A stretch of DNA of 64,000 bases from an uncultured Gemmatimonadales bacterium (GCA_963825055.1 CAWGSK010000009.1:128001-192000); one strand, 5' to 3'. Shown: positions 1 through 10,845, numbered from the stretch's first letter. Numbers and translations are program-made. Notes: generated by a model not told the origin, from the letters alone.

Positions 1-803
1 ACCCGAAAGGTGATATTGTCCCGCCGCATCTGCCAGAGCCTGGCCACCACGGCCTGGACAATGGCGGCAATGCAGACGGCCTCGTCCACCCGGGTGCACA
101 CATCGCAGATCCGGAATTCCAGGGTCGGATAGTTGTGGTTGGGCCGGACATCCCACCAGATCTTGCCCCCGTGAGGAACACATCCCGTCTTGATCAGCGT
201 CTCCAGGTAATAGGAATAGTCCCCCCAGCTCGGGACAATCCGGGGCACGCCCGTCCTGGGAAAGCTGCGGAAGACCACGCTCCGGTAGCTCTTCAGTTCC
301 GTCTTCCGCCCCATCCAGAAGGGCGAACTCGTGCTCAGGCAGAGGATGTGGGGCAGGATGTAGCGGGCAACGTTCATCGCGTCCACCAGGAACTCGCGAT
401 CCTCGATGCCGATATGCACGTGGGTACCGAAAATCAGGAGCTGCTGGGCCAGGTCGCCCATCTGCTCCCGGAGGCCGAGGTAGTGGTCCATCTGGGTGAT
501 CGGCTGGGTTGTCCATGAGCTGAACGGATGCGTGCCCGCCGCCGCGATCGCGCATCCATGCCTGCCCGCCAGCTCGCTCACACCCCGCCGGAGCCGGACC
601 AGTTCAGCACGCACCTCAGCGGGTGTCTGGCACACTGTCGTGCCCACCTCGACGATCGACTGGTGCAGTTCGGGCTTCACCTGTTCCAGGAGAATGTGGT
701 CGTCCGCCAGGATCTGGGAGATGTACGACTGCAGTTCCCGGCTCCCCGGATCGATGATCTGGTATTCCTCCTCGACGCCGATCGTGAGTGACGGGGCCTT
801 CAT
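1..803 (-). CDS. ybdK: Carboxylate-amine ligase, YbdK/GCS2 family (3' end outside window)
   Basis: Not in the ORF track. Manual minus-strand translation from ATG at 803: [19 protein letters not shown]...[11 protein letters not shown]...AGTHPFSSW...[12 protein letters not shown]...LSTSSPFW...FPRTG, the GCS2 motifs. Confidence 0.9.
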   Translation of the reverse strand, partial: MKAPSLTIGVEEEYQIIDPGSRELQSYISQILADDHILLEQVKPELHQSIVEVGTTVCQTPAEVRAELVRLRRGVSELAGRHGCAIAAAGTHPFSSWTTQPITQMDHYLGLREQMGDLAQQLLIFGTHVHIGIEDREFLVDAMNVARYILPHILCLSTSSPFWMGRKTELKSYRSVVFRSFPRTGVPRIVPSWGDYSYYLETLIKTGCVPHGGKIWWDVRPNHNYPTLEFRICDVCTRVDEAVCIAAIVQAVVARLWQMRRDNITFR

Positions 804-825
804 GGATCCACCTCAGGTTGGGGAA

Positions 826-2172
826 CTACCGCGGCTCCACGATAAACGTCGGAACGGTGCTGCCTCCGCCGGCGGTGACGTTGAGCAGCGGATCGGTCGA
901 AAGACGGGTGAGGCAGCCCTGGGCGTAGGCCCCGTGACTCACGAAGGGGGCGGTGTCGATCATCCGGTCGGTAATGCTCAGCCGACCGTCCACCAGGGAG
1001 GGATACGGCTCGGTGGGGACCTGGACGCGGCGCTGCACGATATACGGGATGGAAAGGGCGCGGGCGATGGCCGCCTCCCACGCGATATCATCCACCATCC
1101 AGCCCAGCACGATCCCGGCGCCTCCGTAATCGTCATTGGGCTTGAGCACCAGCCATTCGCGGTGCTTCTGCATGAAAGCGACGAGATCGACCTCCTCGCC
1201 GTGATACATCGTGCGGCGTTCCTCCACGATCCGCGTCCAGGGAATGAACGCCCGTATGGCCTCGCGCTCATCCAGGGAAAAGAGGTGGGCGTTCCGTTCG
1301 TCGTCCAGCACGCCCAGGCTGGCCTTCTTGTGGAGAACCTTGCAGCGGAACGGGTTCACCATGCAGGCCTTGCCGTCCCGCACCGCACGGACCAGGGGCT
1401 GGTCGAGCCCGCCGTGGGCCACCAGCTCACTCAGCAGGACCCGCTTGTACACCAGGTCCACTATTTCGCCACCGGCCACCAGCCGGCCCTGCCGGTACTC
1501 GAGGGCCTCCGGCGTGGTGATGATGCAGGGAAAGCCGAGGTCGTGGAAATACTGGCGGAAGAGCTCGAACTCTCCCCGCGTGGGCACGTCGTCCCAGTCC
1601 ACGATGGCGATGCGCGGCCGGCTCCGGGTGCCGGAGAACTGCTCCCACGCGTCGAGGAGGACGTGGAGGACCCCGTGTCGCGCCCCGAGGGGGCGGAGTT
1701 CGAAGTCCCGCTCGAAGGCCCGCATGACCGGCAGGGTTTCGAAGGCCGCGGCCAGGGCGTCGTGGAAGCCCGGTCCGGCCGGGGTCTCGGCGTTGTACTC
1801 GGTCAGTCCCATCTCCCCGGTCGCGTCCACCAGGAAGAAGTCAGGCCGGGAGGTGGGGCACGGGTGCCGGAAGCCGGGGTCGGGCTCGAGCATCGATTCC
1901 TCCCAGTCCAGCAGTCCGAACTGCGCACGGAATCCGCGGTCGGCCAGGGCTGCCGCATAGGCCTTCCCGAAGGCGCTTCCCAGCAGCCCCACCCGGCCCT
2001 GCAGCCGCCGGTGGTGGAGCGGGCTCATGAGCCGGGGGCGGAGCACGGTACAGAGCGGCCGGTCGCCGAAGTAGAGATGCCGGCGCTGAAGCTGCCCGTC
2101 GAGCATCTCTTGTGACGCCTCGGCAACCTCGTCGGTAAGGAGCTCGTGGTACCGCTGGATCGCGTCAATCAC
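826..2172 (-). CDS. Circularly permuted ATP-grasp (glutathionylspermidine-synthase-like) amide ligase
   Basis: 448 aa; [54 protein letters not shown]. Start overlaps the upstream stop. Confidence 0.8.
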   Translation of the reverse strand: MIDAIQRYHELLTDEVAEASQEMLDGQLQRRHLYFGDRPLCTVLRPRLMSPLHHRRLQGRVGLLGSAFGKAYAAALADRGFRAQFGLLDWEESMLEPDPGFRHPCPTSRPDFFLVDATGEMGLTEYNAETPAGPGFHDALAAAFETLPVMRAFERDFELRPLGARHGVLHVLLDAWEQFSGTRSRPRIAIVDWDDVPTRGEFELFRQYFHDLGFPCIITTPEALEYRQGRLVAGGEIVDLVYKRVLLSELVAHGGLDQPLVRAVRDGKACMVNPFRCKVLHKKASLGVLDDERNAHLFSLDEREAIRAFIPWTRIVEERRTMYHGEEVDLVAFMQKHREWLVLKPNDDYGGAGIVLGWMVDDIAWEAAIARALSIPYIVQRRVQVPTEPYPSLVDGRLSITDRMIDTAPFVSHGAYAQGCLTRLSTDPLLNVTAGGGSTVPTFIVEPR

Positions 2173-3121
2173 CCCGAGTGCCCTGTCCGGTGCGGGCCGC
2201 GGTGAAAAGCGTGCTCCACTTGAGGGAGCGGGACTGACGGCGCGGGTGCTTCGCGAGGCGGATCGCGAGGTCCGCCATGTGGCTCACGACCCACTCGAAG
2301 TAGTGCGGGGTGAGGCTGTTGACGTCCATGTCCGGGGCGGGGTTCATGAAGTCGATGGCATACGGAACGCCGTCACGGACGGCAAATTCCAGCGAGTCCA
2401 TGTCGTAACCGAGCGCGCCGCAGAGCGTGCGGCAGTCCCGCACGATGCGCTCGCCGAGGGCGGGCGACAGGTGCTCATGCTCGACCAGGTAGCGCCGCTC
2501 CCCCGGATCCCACTTCATGGGCAGCACGTCCTCCTGCCCGAGGCAGATGCAGCGGACGAAGTGCTCGAACTCGATGAACTCCTGCACGATCATGGTCAGG
2601 AGGCCCGAGTTGTTGTAATGGTGGAGCAGTTCCTCCCTGGTCCGGCAGACGTAGACCTCCTTCCATCCACCGCCATGCGCATCCTTCAGGATGCACGGCA
2701 TGCCCACGTACTCGATGACCGCGTCCCAGTCGAGCGGATACTCGAGGTTCCGCAGGCTCTCGTCATGCACGATGCCGGGGATGTAGGACTTGTTCGGCAG
2801 GGCCATCGTCTTCGGGCTGGCGACCCCCAGTCGAGTGGCAAGGGCCGCCCCGAAGAACTTGTCGTCCGCCGACCACATGAACGGGTTGTTGATCACGGTG
2901 GCACCCTGTACCAGGGCCTGCTTCAGGTACGTCCGGTAATACGGCACCTCGTGCGAGATCCGGTCGATAATCACGTCATAGCCGCGCGGCGCCTCCATGG
3001 AGGTCGCGCCGATCTTGACGTACTCCGCCGTGACCCCGGCATCCCTCCGGTGCACCTCTTCAATGAAGGCCGGCGGAAACGACCACTCCCTTCCCACCAT
3101 GAGCCCTACGCGCCTGGTCAT
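2165..3121 (-). CDS. RimK/glutathione-synthase-like ATP-grasp ligase
   Basis: 318 aa; IIDRISH, NNPFMWSADDKF, CILKDAHGGGWKEVY, IVQEFI, EFAVRDGVPYAIDFMNPAPD. Confidence 0.85.
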   Translation of the reverse strand: MTRRVGLMVGREWSFPPAFIEEVHRRDAGVTAEYVKIGATSMEAPRGYDVIIDRISHEVPYYRTYLKQALVQGATVINNPFMWSADDKFFGAALATRLGVASPKTMALPNKSYIPGIVHDESLRNLEYPLDWDAVIEYVGMPCILKDAHGGGWKEVYVCRTREELLHHYNNSGLLTMIVQEFIEFEHFVRCICLGQEDVLPMKWDPGERRYLVEHEHLSPALGERIVRDCRTLCGALGYDMDSLEFAVRDGVPYAIDFMNPAPDMDVNSLTPHYFEWVVSHMADLAIRLAKHPRRQSRSLKWSTLFTAARTGQGTRGD

Positions 3122-3138
3122 CCCTCGCTCCTGTCGTA

Positions 3139-3858
3139 TCAGTCATGCCCGCCGATGTACTGCAGGATCATCCGCTCCCAGAAGGGCCAGTCATGGGCCC
3201 AGCCGTCCCACACGCGCAGCGCGTTCCCGATACCCTTGTCCCACAGGATTCCGGAAAATGCGCGGTTGTTGCCGCAGGCCGGGTCATCCTCCCCGATGGC
3301 CAGGATGATATCCACGCGCCGCATGGCCTCGAGCCGGCCGGGATCGTGTTCCCCCGGGACAAAAGCGGCTGGATTGCACGCGTACACGTTCTCGTCGGAA
3401 AACCCGCCCGTAAGACGGGTGATGTCGTACAGGCCGCTCAGGCCGATAATCCGCTGCACCATGTCGGGATGGCGGAGCCCGAAGCACGCGGCCTGGTAGG
3501 CCCCCAGGCTGGCGCCGGTCGTCATCAGGAACGGGTTGTCGTTCCGCTGCCGGGTAAGTGGGACGACTTCCTCGGCGAGATAACGGTCGTACTCGAGGTG
3601 CCGCCATGCACGCGCGCCGGGGTGCTTCCACTCGGCATTCCAGGTTTCAGCATTCACCTGATCCACACACCACAGCTGGATCCAGCCGCGGTGCAGGTGT
3701 TCACCCAGCACCTCGTGCATCCGGCGGTCCGGCCACTCGTGGCAGGTGCCCATTGAGGTGGGGAAAACAAGGACCCTGGCTCCGGCGTGGCCGAAGACCA
3801 GGAGGTCCATCTCCCGGCCGAGGGCCGGGCTGTGCCAGCGATGGTGCTCGGTGTGCAC
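3139..3858 (-). CDS. Putative esterase, alpha/beta-hydrolase fold
   Basis: Nucleophile GASLG and C-terminal AHDWPFW. N-terminal WHSPALGREM suggests a GTG start at 3858 (track start 3930). Confidence 0.85.
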   Translation of the reverse strand: MHTEHHRWHSPALGREMDLLVFGHAGARVLVFPTSMGTCHEWPDRRMHEVLGEHLHRGWIQLWCVDQVNAETWNAEWKHPGARAWRHLEYDRYLAEEVVPLTRQRNDNPFLMTTGASLGAYQAACFGLRHPDMVQRIIGLSGLYDITRLTGGFSDENVYACNPAAFVPGEHDPGRLEAMRRVDIILAIGEDDPACGNNRAFSGILWDKGIGNALRVWDGWAHDWPFWERMILQYIGGHD

Positions 3859-3933
3859 GGCGCCTCGTGGTTGCGGTAACGGGCCACGGCCGGTTTTCCA
3901 AGATAGCACGGTCCCCAATGCCACCGACACAAC

Positions 3934-3962
3934 GCGCCCCGGGGGGTGAACCCCCGGGGCGC
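3934..3962. terminator. 12-bp GC hairpin downstream of the DUF4097 gene
   Basis: GCGCCCCGGGGG-GTGAA-CCCCCGGGGCGC; only a weak U-tract. Confidence 0.5.
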
Positions 3963-3985
3963 TCGTGCAGCGGTGGTGCGGGCCT

Positions 3986-4807
3986 TCAGCTACCGTGGCG
4001 GAGTTGCACCGACCCGTTGGTGGTCACCACCCGGACCGGGGGTCCACCCTGGCCCAGATCCAGGGTGAGCCGGTCACGGTTCACCCTGCCCTGCACGGTG
4101 ACGGGAAAATCCACCTGCAGCGAACCGTTGACCGTACCGGTCTCGAGACTGGCGGAATAGCCCTCGGGGATCGTCAGGCGCACGCCGCCGTTGGTGGTCT
4201 GGAGATTGAGGCCGGTGCCGTCCCAGTGGTCGCCGGCGAGGTCGGCATGGATGCCGCCGTTGGTGGTGCGGCCCTCAACGTCACCCGCGGCCCCGGACAG
4301 CGTGATGCCCCCGTTCACGGTCCGCATCCGGATCGTGCCGTGGACGTCGTTGATGGCGATGCCCCCGTTGGTGCTCCGCAGGTCGAGGTCCGCCGCGCGG
4401 GGCGCCTGTACCCGGTAGCTCGCCGACCACCACTCGCGCCGGCCCGTGTGGGGGCCATCCGCCTCCAGCCGGTTGCCGTCCGTACGCACCCGCACCTCCC
4501 GCAGCATTGCGGTGGCAGCGGCATCGTCCTCCGCATGGGCCGTGAGGCGGACGCGCACCACATAGCCGGATCCCCCGGATCCCTCGACACGGATGGAGCC
4601 GTTGGGCGTCGCATCCACGCGAAGCGGCTGGCGGCCGGAAAGCTCGATCTCCCGGACCTCGCAGGCCGTTACGCCCCGATCGGAATTACCCGCATCCCGG
4701 CACCAGTCCATGTCCGTGACCACATGGCCCTGGGCCGCCACGGGAAGGGCCACCAGGACCGTCAGGGCCAGGCCTGCGGCCCCCCGGCCCAGCCATGTCT
4801 CTACCAT
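3986..4807 (-). CDS. DUF4097 family beta-strand repeat protein (exported)
   Basis: Signal peptide ending VALPVAAQ; repeated (S/T)(T/V)NGGI-type motifs. Confidence 0.8.
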   Translation of the reverse strand: MVETWLGRGAAGLALTVLVALPVAAQGHVVTDMDWCRDAGNSDRGVTACEVREIELSGRQPLRVDATPNGSIRVEGSGGSGYVVRVRLTAHAEDDAAATAMLREVRVRTDGNRLEADGPHTGRREWWSASYRVQAPRAADLDLRSTNGGIAINDVHGTIRMRTVNGGITLSGAAGDVEGRTTNGGIHADLAGDHWDGTGLNLQTTNGGVRLTIPEGYSASLETGTVNGSLQVDFPVTVQGRVNRDRLTLDLGQGGPPVRVVTTNGSVQLRHGS

Positions 4808-5025
4808 CGTGTCTCCTTGCTGGGGTATACCATGTTGGACGGGTCGAGCCGTCAAAAGGTTGCTGGACGCGCCCGCGGTGCGATTCGGCGCAAGTCGCGG
4901 TGTTGCAACGAACTGGGGTGTTCCGCACCTGTGACAGCGCTCACTGCCTCGCCCCCGGGGATCCGGTATGTTGGCATTGTGCCGGCGACGGCACCTCTCA
5001 CATTCCGAATACTGAGGAGACGGTC

Positions 5026-5247
5026 ATGAATGAGAATACGCTGGAAGGCAACTGGAAACAGGCCAAGGGAAAAGTTCGCGAACAGTGGGGCAAGCTCACC
5101 AACGACGATCTCGACGTGATCAACGGGAAGCGCGAGCAGCTCGTGGGGAAGATCCAGGAGCGCTACGGCAAGGCCCGTGACGAAGTCGAGCGCGAGGTGA
5201 AGGAGTGGGAGCGCACCAACAACTTCGGCTCGGAACCACGCGCCTGA
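5026..5247 (+). CDS. csbD: CsbD/YjbJ family general stress protein
   Basis: MNENTLEGNWKQAKGKVREQWGKLTNDDLDVINGKREQLVGKIQERYG; RBS GAGGAG upstream. Confidence 0.92.
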   Translation: MNENTLEGNWKQAKGKVREQWGKLTNDDLDVINGKREQLVGKIQERYGKARDEVEREVKEWERTNNFGSEPRA

Positions 5248-5338
5248 TTCGGCTCACCGGGGGAGGTGCGTGCGCGTCCCCCGGCACCCCGGCCGGGCCC
5301 CGGCCGGACGATCAACCTGAATAGAGGAGGCAGGCTCG

Positions 5339-5512
5339 ATGCTCCGGATGGCCCTGATTTTCTTCATCGTCGCGATCGTGGCGGCACTCCTCGGCTTCGG
5401 CGGCATTGCCGGCGCCGCAGCAGGCATCGCCAAGATCCTGTTCTACATCTTCCTCGCCGTGTTCGTCGTGGCGCTCATTCTCGGCCTGACAGCGGCGAAA
5501 CGGATCACCTGA
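5339..5512 (+). CDS. DUF1328 (YtjA/UPF0391) small membrane protein, 57 aa
   Basis: Not in the track. Manual translation [67 protein letters not shown]. Confidence 0.9.
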   Translation: MLRMALIFFIVAIVAALLGFGGIAGAAAGIAKILFYIFLAVFVVALILGLTAAKRIT

Positions 5513-5536
5513 CGATCCGGGAAGCGTGACAGCACA

Positions 5537-5570
5537 TCGCGCCCGACCCCCTGCGGGGGGCCGGGCGCGA
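5537..5570. terminator. Hairpin between convergent DUF1328 and Rho_N genes
   Basis: TCGCGCCCG...CGGGCGCGA inverted repeat around a C/G-run core. Confidence 0.5.
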
Positions 5571-5593
5571 GTGCATGTGCGGTAGCGCGAAGC

Positions 5594-5893
5594 CTACTCG
5601 CGGTCGCGGATCGCCCTGATCAGCTCCTGCTTGTCCATGGAACTGCGGCCTTCGATGTTCAGGTCCGCCGCGCGGTTCTGAAGCTCGTCGACGGTCCGGT
5701 CCTCGAGCCCGGTGTGGGGGTTACCGGTCCCCTGTGAGGCCTTGTTCGGCGTCCGGCCCTCTTCCCGCCGCTGCTTGTTCACGGTTCGCGCGGCGATTTC
5801 CTCCGCACGACTGGTGGACTTGCCACCCTCCTTCGCGCTGTCCCTGATGTGCTCGTATTGCCGCTCATCCTTCCTGCTCCAGGCCGATGGCAT
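5594..5893 (-). CDS. Small hydrophilic protein with C-terminal Rho_N-like (helix-extension-helix) motif
   Basis: 99 aa; KDERQYEHI...RAEEIAARTVNK and LEDRTVDELQNRAADLNIEGRSSMDKQELIRAIR. Confidence 0.8.
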   Translation of the reverse strand: MPSAWSRKDERQYEHIRDSAKEGGKSTSRAEEIAARTVNKQRREEGRTPNKASQGTGNPHTGLEDRTVDELQNRAADLNIEGRSSMDKQELIRAIRDRE

Positions 5894-6034
5894 GGGATCC
5901 TCCTGTGCAATATGGTTTCATGGGTGGCGTACCACCCAATACCAGCATAGCATCCGTATCTGCGGGCTGCCGCGACGCATGTCACAACGGACCCGTCCCT
6001 TCGGCTCCCGCAGTCACCACTGACACCGAGGATC

Positions 6035-7090
6035 ATGTACTTCCTGGACTACACCTTCTACCACAACACCGTCCGAACCTGGCTGGTCTCCGCCGGCATC
6101 GGCCTGCTCACGTTCCTTGTCCTGACCGTCCTGGTCTCCCTCCTGGGCTCCCGGCTCCAGAAACTCGCGGACCGCACCACGAATCACTGGGACAACCTGG
6201 TGGCGCACGTGGTCTCGCACACCCGGAAGCTCTTCCTGCTGTTCGTCGCGCTGCATGCCGGCTCCCTCGCGCTGGAGTTGCCGCCACGAATCCGGGGGAT
6301 CATCGCCAGCCTTACCGTCCTCGCCCTGCTGGTTCAGGGCGGCATCTGGGCCACCGCGGCCCTCGCGTTCGCGCTGGACGACTACCGCGAGCGGAACTAC
6401 TCGGAGGACCGGGCTGCCGTGACGACGGTGAGCGCCCTGGGGTTCGTTGCCAGGGTGCTCGTCTGGTCCATTGCGCTGCTGCTCGCCCTCGACAACTTCG
6501 GGATCGACGTCACCGCGCTGATCGCGGGGCTGGGCATTGGCGGGATTGCCCTCGCGCTGGCCACGCAGAACATCCTGGGCGACCTGTTCGCCTCCCTCTC
6601 CATCGTGCTCGACAAGCCCTTCGTCCTGGGCGACTTCCTGAGCGTGGGGGACTTCCTGGGGAGCGTCGAGCACATCGGCCTCAAGACCACGCGGCTGCGG
6701 AGCCTCACGGGGGAACAGCTCGTCTTCTCCAACAGCGACCTGCTGGACTCGCGCATCCGGAACTACGGCCGGATGGCGGAGCGACGAGTGCTGTTCCAGG
6801 TGGGAGTGACCTACCAGACGCCGCGGGAACAGCTCGAGGCCATTCCCGGAATTATGAAGCGGGCGGTGGAGGACCACGACAATACCCGCTTCGACCGGGC
6901 GCATCTCGCCAGCTATGGGGATTTCTCGATTGTCTTCGAGATCGTGTATTACGTCCTGAGCCCGGACTACAACGCCTACATGGACGTGCAGCAGGACATC
7001 AACCTGTTCATCCACCGGGAATTCGAGGAGCAGGACATCAAGTTCGCCTACCCGACCCAGACGCTCTATCTGTCCCGCGCCTCCGGCTGA
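6035..7090 (+). CDS. mscS: Mechanosensitive ion channel, MscS family
   Basis: 351 aa; several TM helices, GIGGIALALATQNILGDLFAS, DKPFVLGDF, GSVEHIGLKTTRLRS. Confidence 0.92.
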   Translation: MYFLDYTFYHNTVRTWLVSAGIGLLTFLVLTVLVSLLGSRLQKLADRTTNHWDNLVAHVVSHTRKLFLLFVALHAGSLALELPPRIRGIIASLTVLALLVQGGIWATAALAFALDDYRERNYSEDRAAVTTVSALGFVARVLVWSIALLLALDNFGIDVTALIAGLGIGGIALALATQNILGDLFASLSIVLDKPFVLGDFLSVGDFLGSVEHIGLKTTRLRSLTGEQLVFSNSDLLDSRIRNYGRMAERRVLFQVGVTYQTPREQLEAIPGIMKRAVEDHDNTRFDRAHLASYGDFSIVFEIVYYVLSPDYNAYMDVQQDINLFIHREFEEQDIKFAYPTQTLYLSRASG

Positions 7091-7437
7091 ACCGGGGGAG
7101 CGGGTGGGCGTCCGCCGGTAACCAGGAAGAGCACGGTCCCGCCGGCCATTCCCGCCAGACCGTCGATCACGGGGCCGAAAATGAGCGCCGGCCAGCGGTA
7201 CTCGTGCAGCAGCACCGCCAGGGCAATGGCCAGGAATGCCGAGCCACTGGCCGCCACCAGGCCGCCGGCGGCGGCATGGCCCACGCGCCGGACTGCGGTT
7301 GCACCGAACCAGCCACCGACAGCACACGCGATGCCGATGCCCAGCAGGGCGGAACTCGCGCTGACCACCCCACTGTAGTGCGCGGCCACCACCCGGGCCA
7401 GCTGGATGAGGGTCCCCACAACGACGTATCGCGCCAT
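7066..7437 (-). CDS. Hypothetical small membrane protein
   Basis: About four hydrophobic segments (MARYVVVGTLIQL...); follows gdh on the same strand and overlaps the mscS 3' end by 25 nt. Confidence 0.5.
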   Translation of the reverse strand: MARYVVVGTLIQLARVVAAHYSGVVSASSALLGIGIACAVGGWFGATAVRRVGHAAAGGLVAASGSAFLAIALAVLLHEYRWPALIFGPVIDGLAGMAGGTVLFLVTGGRPPAPPVQPEARDR

Positions 7438-7475
7438 CGGAATCCGCTCGCCACGTGGATCCATCCGGCCTCCTC

Positions 7476-8891
7476 TCAGGGAAAGATGCCGAGTTCCTCG
7501 TAAGAGGCCGCGACCTTGTCGATCGCGTGAATGAACGCCGCCGTCCGGAGGTCGATCCGGTCGGCATGGCGGGCACGCACGCCCCTCACGCTCCGGTAGG
7601 ACTGGACCATCGTCTCCTCCAGCCCGGAATTGACCAGGTCTTCTTCATCCGCCCCCCGGATGATGGCGCGCGTCTCCTCTTCCGTAAACGGCGTTGCCGT
7701 GCGCCGCTCGATCGCCTCCACCAGGCGGCGATAGGCGCCCTCCTCGAAGCGCTTCTGCAGGCGGCCGAACCGGACGTGCGAGAGGTTCTTCAACCATTCA
7801 AAGTACGAGACCGTGACGCCGCCGGCGTTGAGGTACAGGTCCGGCAGCACCAGGATACCGCGTTCCCGCAGGATCGCGTCGGCCTCGGTGGTGGTCGGCC
7901 CGTTCGCGGCCTCCGCAACGATGCGCGCCTGGATCCGCGGGGCGTTCTCCCCGGTGATCTGGCCCTCCAGGGCGGCCGGCACTACGATATCGCAGGGAAG
8001 TTCCAGCGCCTCGATCGAGTTCGGGATGTCCGTGGCCCCGGGGAAGCCGAGGATCGAGCCGGTCTCCTTCCGGTGCGCCATCACGGCGGCGAGGTCGAGG
8101 CCCCCCGGCGCCTGGATGGCACCTTCGTACTCGGCCAGCCCTACCAGGACCGCTCCACCTTCCTGAAGGTAGAGCGCTGCGTGGTATCCGACGTTGCCCA
8201 GACCCTGCACCACCACGCGCTTGCCGGCGAGTCCGGTCGCCAGGCCCAGCGCCTTCATGTCCTCGGCTACGTCGCACGCCTCGCGCACCCCGAAGTAGAC
8301 CCCACGCCCCGTCGCCTCGGTCCGTCCGCGAATCCCGCCCTGACTCACGGGCTTGGCGGTCACGCACGCCAGGGCATCGATTTCCCCCTGGGAAAGTGAC
8401 GTGTACGTATCGGCAATCCAGGCCATCTCGCGGGGGCCGGTCCCGAAGTCGGGCGCCGGCACGTCGAGCCCCGGGCCGATGAAGTTCTTGCGGACGAGCT
8501 CGAACGTGTAGCGGCGCGTGACCCGCTCGAGCTCACTCTCGGAGTACTGGCGCCGGTCGATCCGCACGCCACCTTTCGCACCGCCGAACGGCACGTCCAC
8601 GACGGCGCACTTGTAGGTCATGAGGGCTGCGAGGGCCATGACCTCGTCCTCCCCCACGTTGGGGCTGTAGCGGATGCCGCCCTTCGTGGGGAGCTTGTGC
8701 TGGCTGTGCTCCGCGCGCCAGGCATGCATCGTCTCGATCGCGCCGTCGTCGCGCCGGAGCGGGAACGTCGTGTAGTAGACGCTGTTGCATTCACGGATGA
8801 GGCTCAGCAGGGTCGGGTCGTACGGGGTGTAGGCCGCGGCGTTGTTGAAGCTGCGGTTCACCTGCTCCAGGAAGCTTTCGTGCGGAGTCAT
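7476..8891 (-). CDS. gdhA: Glu/Leu/Phe/Val dehydrogenase, glutamate dehydrogenase-like
   Basis: [52 protein letters not shown] at 8891 overlaps the upstream TGA. Confidence 0.92.
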   Translation of the reverse strand: MTPHESFLEQVNRSFNNAAAYTPYDPTLLSLIRECNSVYYTTFPLRRDDGAIETMHAWRAEHSQHKLPTKGGIRYSPNVGEDEVMALAALMTYKCAVVDVPFGGAKGGVRIDRRQYSESELERVTRRYTFELVRKNFIGPGLDVPAPDFGTGPREMAWIADTYTSLSQGEIDALACVTAKPVSQGGIRGRTEATGRGVYFGVREACDVAEDMKALGLATGLAGKRVVVQGLGNVGYHAALYLQEGGAVLVGLAEYEGAIQAPGGLDLAAVMAHRKETGSILGFPGATDIPNSIEALELPCDIVVPAALEGQITGENAPRIQARIVAEAANGPTTTEADAILRERGILVLPDLYLNAGGVTVSYFEWLKNLSHVRFGRLQKRFEEGAYRRLVEAIERRTATPFTEEETRAIIRGADEEDLVNSGLEETMVQSYRSVRGVRARHADRIDLRTAAFIHAIDKVAASYEELGIFP

Positions 8892-9946
8892 CCGGGCCTC
8901 GGGACAGCGGCAGGTACGGGAGTGGTGGCGGGAAGCGGATCGGGCAGCCGCCCCGCGAGGAGGTCGGCCACGGGACGCGTGGTCTCGAACTGGGACAGCA
9001 CGATCCGCAGCACGGCGGTCATCGGGGCCGCGAGCAGCATGCCGACCACGCCCCAGATCAGGCCCCAGAACAGCAGGGCCAGCAGGATCGTGACCGGGTG
9101 CAGGTCGAGCCGGCGTCCCATGAGGATCGGCTCCAGGCCATTCCCGACCGTGACCTGCACCAGCGCCGGGAGGAGCACCACGCCGACCAGCGGCCACGCC
9201 GTCTCGTACTGGATGATGGCCACGGGAATCGGAAGCAGTGTTGCCACGATAGAGCCGAGGGACGGGATGAAATTGAGGAAGAAGGCGAGAATCCCGAATA
9301 CCAGCGCCAGGTCAAGCCCGAAGAGACTCAGGATCAGGCCCACCAGGACGCCGGTGAGCGCCGACGTTGAGACTTTCGTCACCAGGTACCGCTGGATGGC
9401 GCGGTCCATGTCACGGTAGATCCCCTGCCGCAGGGCCGGCGGCCGCCGGGTGCCGAGCAGGTAGGCCAGGAAAATCAGGACCAGGACGCCGTTGGTGACC
9501 AGGCCCAGGACCGTGCCCGCCGCCTGCTGCACCAGCCGCCCGATCGGAAGCCGGCGCAGCGTGTCGAACAGCGGCTGCTGGTCAAGCGGTATCCCCCACC
9601 CCGCCACCGCCACCTGCACCCGCTCGGTGAGGATCGCCAGCCGTTCGCGGTAGATATCGGCCGACTGCAGCAGGCCGGACGTCGACACGGTGATGAGCAG
9701 GCCGAGCAGGGTCAGCAGGCCGACACCGATCACGATCGCCAGTGCGACGGCAACGGCACGCGGGAAGCGGAGCCGGTCCTGCAGCGCATCCACGAGGGGC
9801 GCGAGCAGGTAGGTGAACATGATGGCGAGGACGAACGGCACCATGACGACCCGGGTGAAGACCAGCGCCGTCGCGATCGCAGTCGCCGCGAGGATCACGA
9901 GCGAACCGGTAACGAGACGGGACTGTTCGGCCGAAAGGCGTTGCAT
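8888..9946 (-). CDS. AI-2E family transporter
   Basis: 352 aa polytopic; [33 protein letters not shown]. Confidence 0.9.
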   Translation of the reverse strand: MQRLSAEQSRLVTGSLVILAATAIATALVFTRVVMVPFVLAIMFTYLLAPLVDALQDRLRFPRAVAVALAIVIGVGLLTLLGLLITVSTSGLLQSADIYRERLAILTERVQVAVAGWGIPLDQQPLFDTLRRLPIGRLVQQAAGTVLGLVTNGVLVLIFLAYLLGTRRPPALRQGIYRDMDRAIQRYLVTKVSTSALTGVLVGLILSLFGLDLALVFGILAFFLNFIPSLGSIVATLLPIPVAIIQYETAWPLVGVVLLPALVQVTVGNGLEPILMGRRLDLHPVTILLALLFWGLIWGVVGMLLAAPMTAVLRIVLSQFETTRPVADLLAGRLPDPLPATTPVPAAVPRPG

Positions 9947-10112
9947 GCGAAGACCGGGTGTCGGGAGGCGAGGGACCGCCGTCGAGATTGGCGAGGGCGG
10001 GAGGGAAAGTCAAATCACGGGTGCGCAAGCCACATAACGGCGCCGGCAGCCCGCGCATGCCACCATGAGGGGGGCCGGCCCGTGCCGGACCCTGGCACGG
10101 AACGGACCATCA

Positions 10113-10337
10113 ATGAGCGATACGAAGCGCACGCCGGAGAATCACGCCCGGCAGTCCGCCCGCATGCAGCAGGACGAGATCGGGAACGGGAGGGGATTCC
10201 GGAGCACGAGGTCACCGTGGATTCATTCGGCGAGCTCGCGGGAAACCCGCGCAAGGCCAGCCGGATGGGCGGCAACCGGGGAGATCGGATTGATCAGCCG
10301 GCGGCCGTGCCGGGGTCGGGCTCGTAGTACGGGTTAG
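10113..10337 (+). CDS. Possible small hydrophilic protein (may contain an indel)
   Basis: MSDTKRTPENHARQSARMQQDEIGNG reads more protein-like if continued in another frame (EGIPEHEVTVDSFGELAGNP); overlaps the NifU gene end. Confidence 0.3.
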   Translation: MSDTKRTPENHARQSARMQQDEIGNGRGFRSTRSPWIHSASSRETRARPAGWAATGEIGLISRRPCRGRARSTG

Positions 10338-10608
10338 TCCCGGAGGCATGGTCAGTGATGTCACGAATGCCCCGCAGCTGCGGAATACGGCGGCGGAGTG
10401 AAGCCTCGATCCCCTGACGCAAAGTGACGCTGGCCATGCCACACCCCTGGCAGCCGCCCATCATCCGCAGGTAGACCGTCCCATCCTGGACATCGATGAG
10501 CTCGACCTTGCCACCGTGCGATGCGACGCCCGGGTTGATCTGGTGCTCGAAAATGTCCGAGACCATGTCAAAGATGGCGTCGTCGGACAAGGTGGTTTCC
10601 GTAGTCAT
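10294..10608 (-). CDS. NifU/NfuA C-terminal domain Fe-S carrier protein
   Basis: INPGVASHGG, GGCQGC (CxxC), TLRQGIE, DITDHASGTNPYY. Confidence 0.9.
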   Translation of the reverse strand: MTTETTLSDDAIFDMVSDIFEHQINPGVASHGGKVELIDVQDGTVYLRMMGGCQGCGMASVTLRQGIEASLRRRIPQLRGIRDITDHASGTNPYYEPDPGTAAG

Positions 10609-10668
10609 GGGGGTAAGGTGGAGGGGGGACGGGGCGGGGGCAACCTCGTGATGGGTAACGGGTATCAG

Positions 10669-10740
10669 GAGTCGTTGAGTGGTTGAGTCCCTGACTTCTG
10701 TCTACCTGTCATCCCGACCGCCCTGACCACCTGACCGCCC
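10669..10740. repeat. Degenerate 8-mer repeat element related to the 45.5 kb element
   Basis: GAGTCGTTGAGTGGTTGAGTC and GACCACCTGACCGCC (10725-10739) are reverse complements of motifs at 45495-45584. Confidence 0.6.
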
Positions 10741-10820
10741 TTGTCCGTCCAGCCGCCCGGTCTCCCGTCCGCCCGACTCACAACCGACCTGACTGCAATT
10801 TATTGCACTTCGCCGTGTAC

Positions 10821-10835
10821 AGGCATATTTGTTGC
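10821..10835 (+). promoter_or_regulatory. Candidate sigma-54 (-24/-12) promoter for the HEAT/HD-GYP pair
   Basis: AGGCATATTTGTTGC = GG-N10-GC with GGCA and TTGC boxes, in an AT-rich patch. Confidence 0.5.
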
Positions 10836-10845
10836 CTGATTCATA

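Noticed and set aside
496..3499. Long + strand ORFs (539 and 417 aa) and similar antisense ORFs elsewhere (30348-32501, 34903-36951, 43493-45112)
   Set aside because: Shadow ORFs opposite well-supported genes, expected in high-GC DNA; no recognisable motifs.
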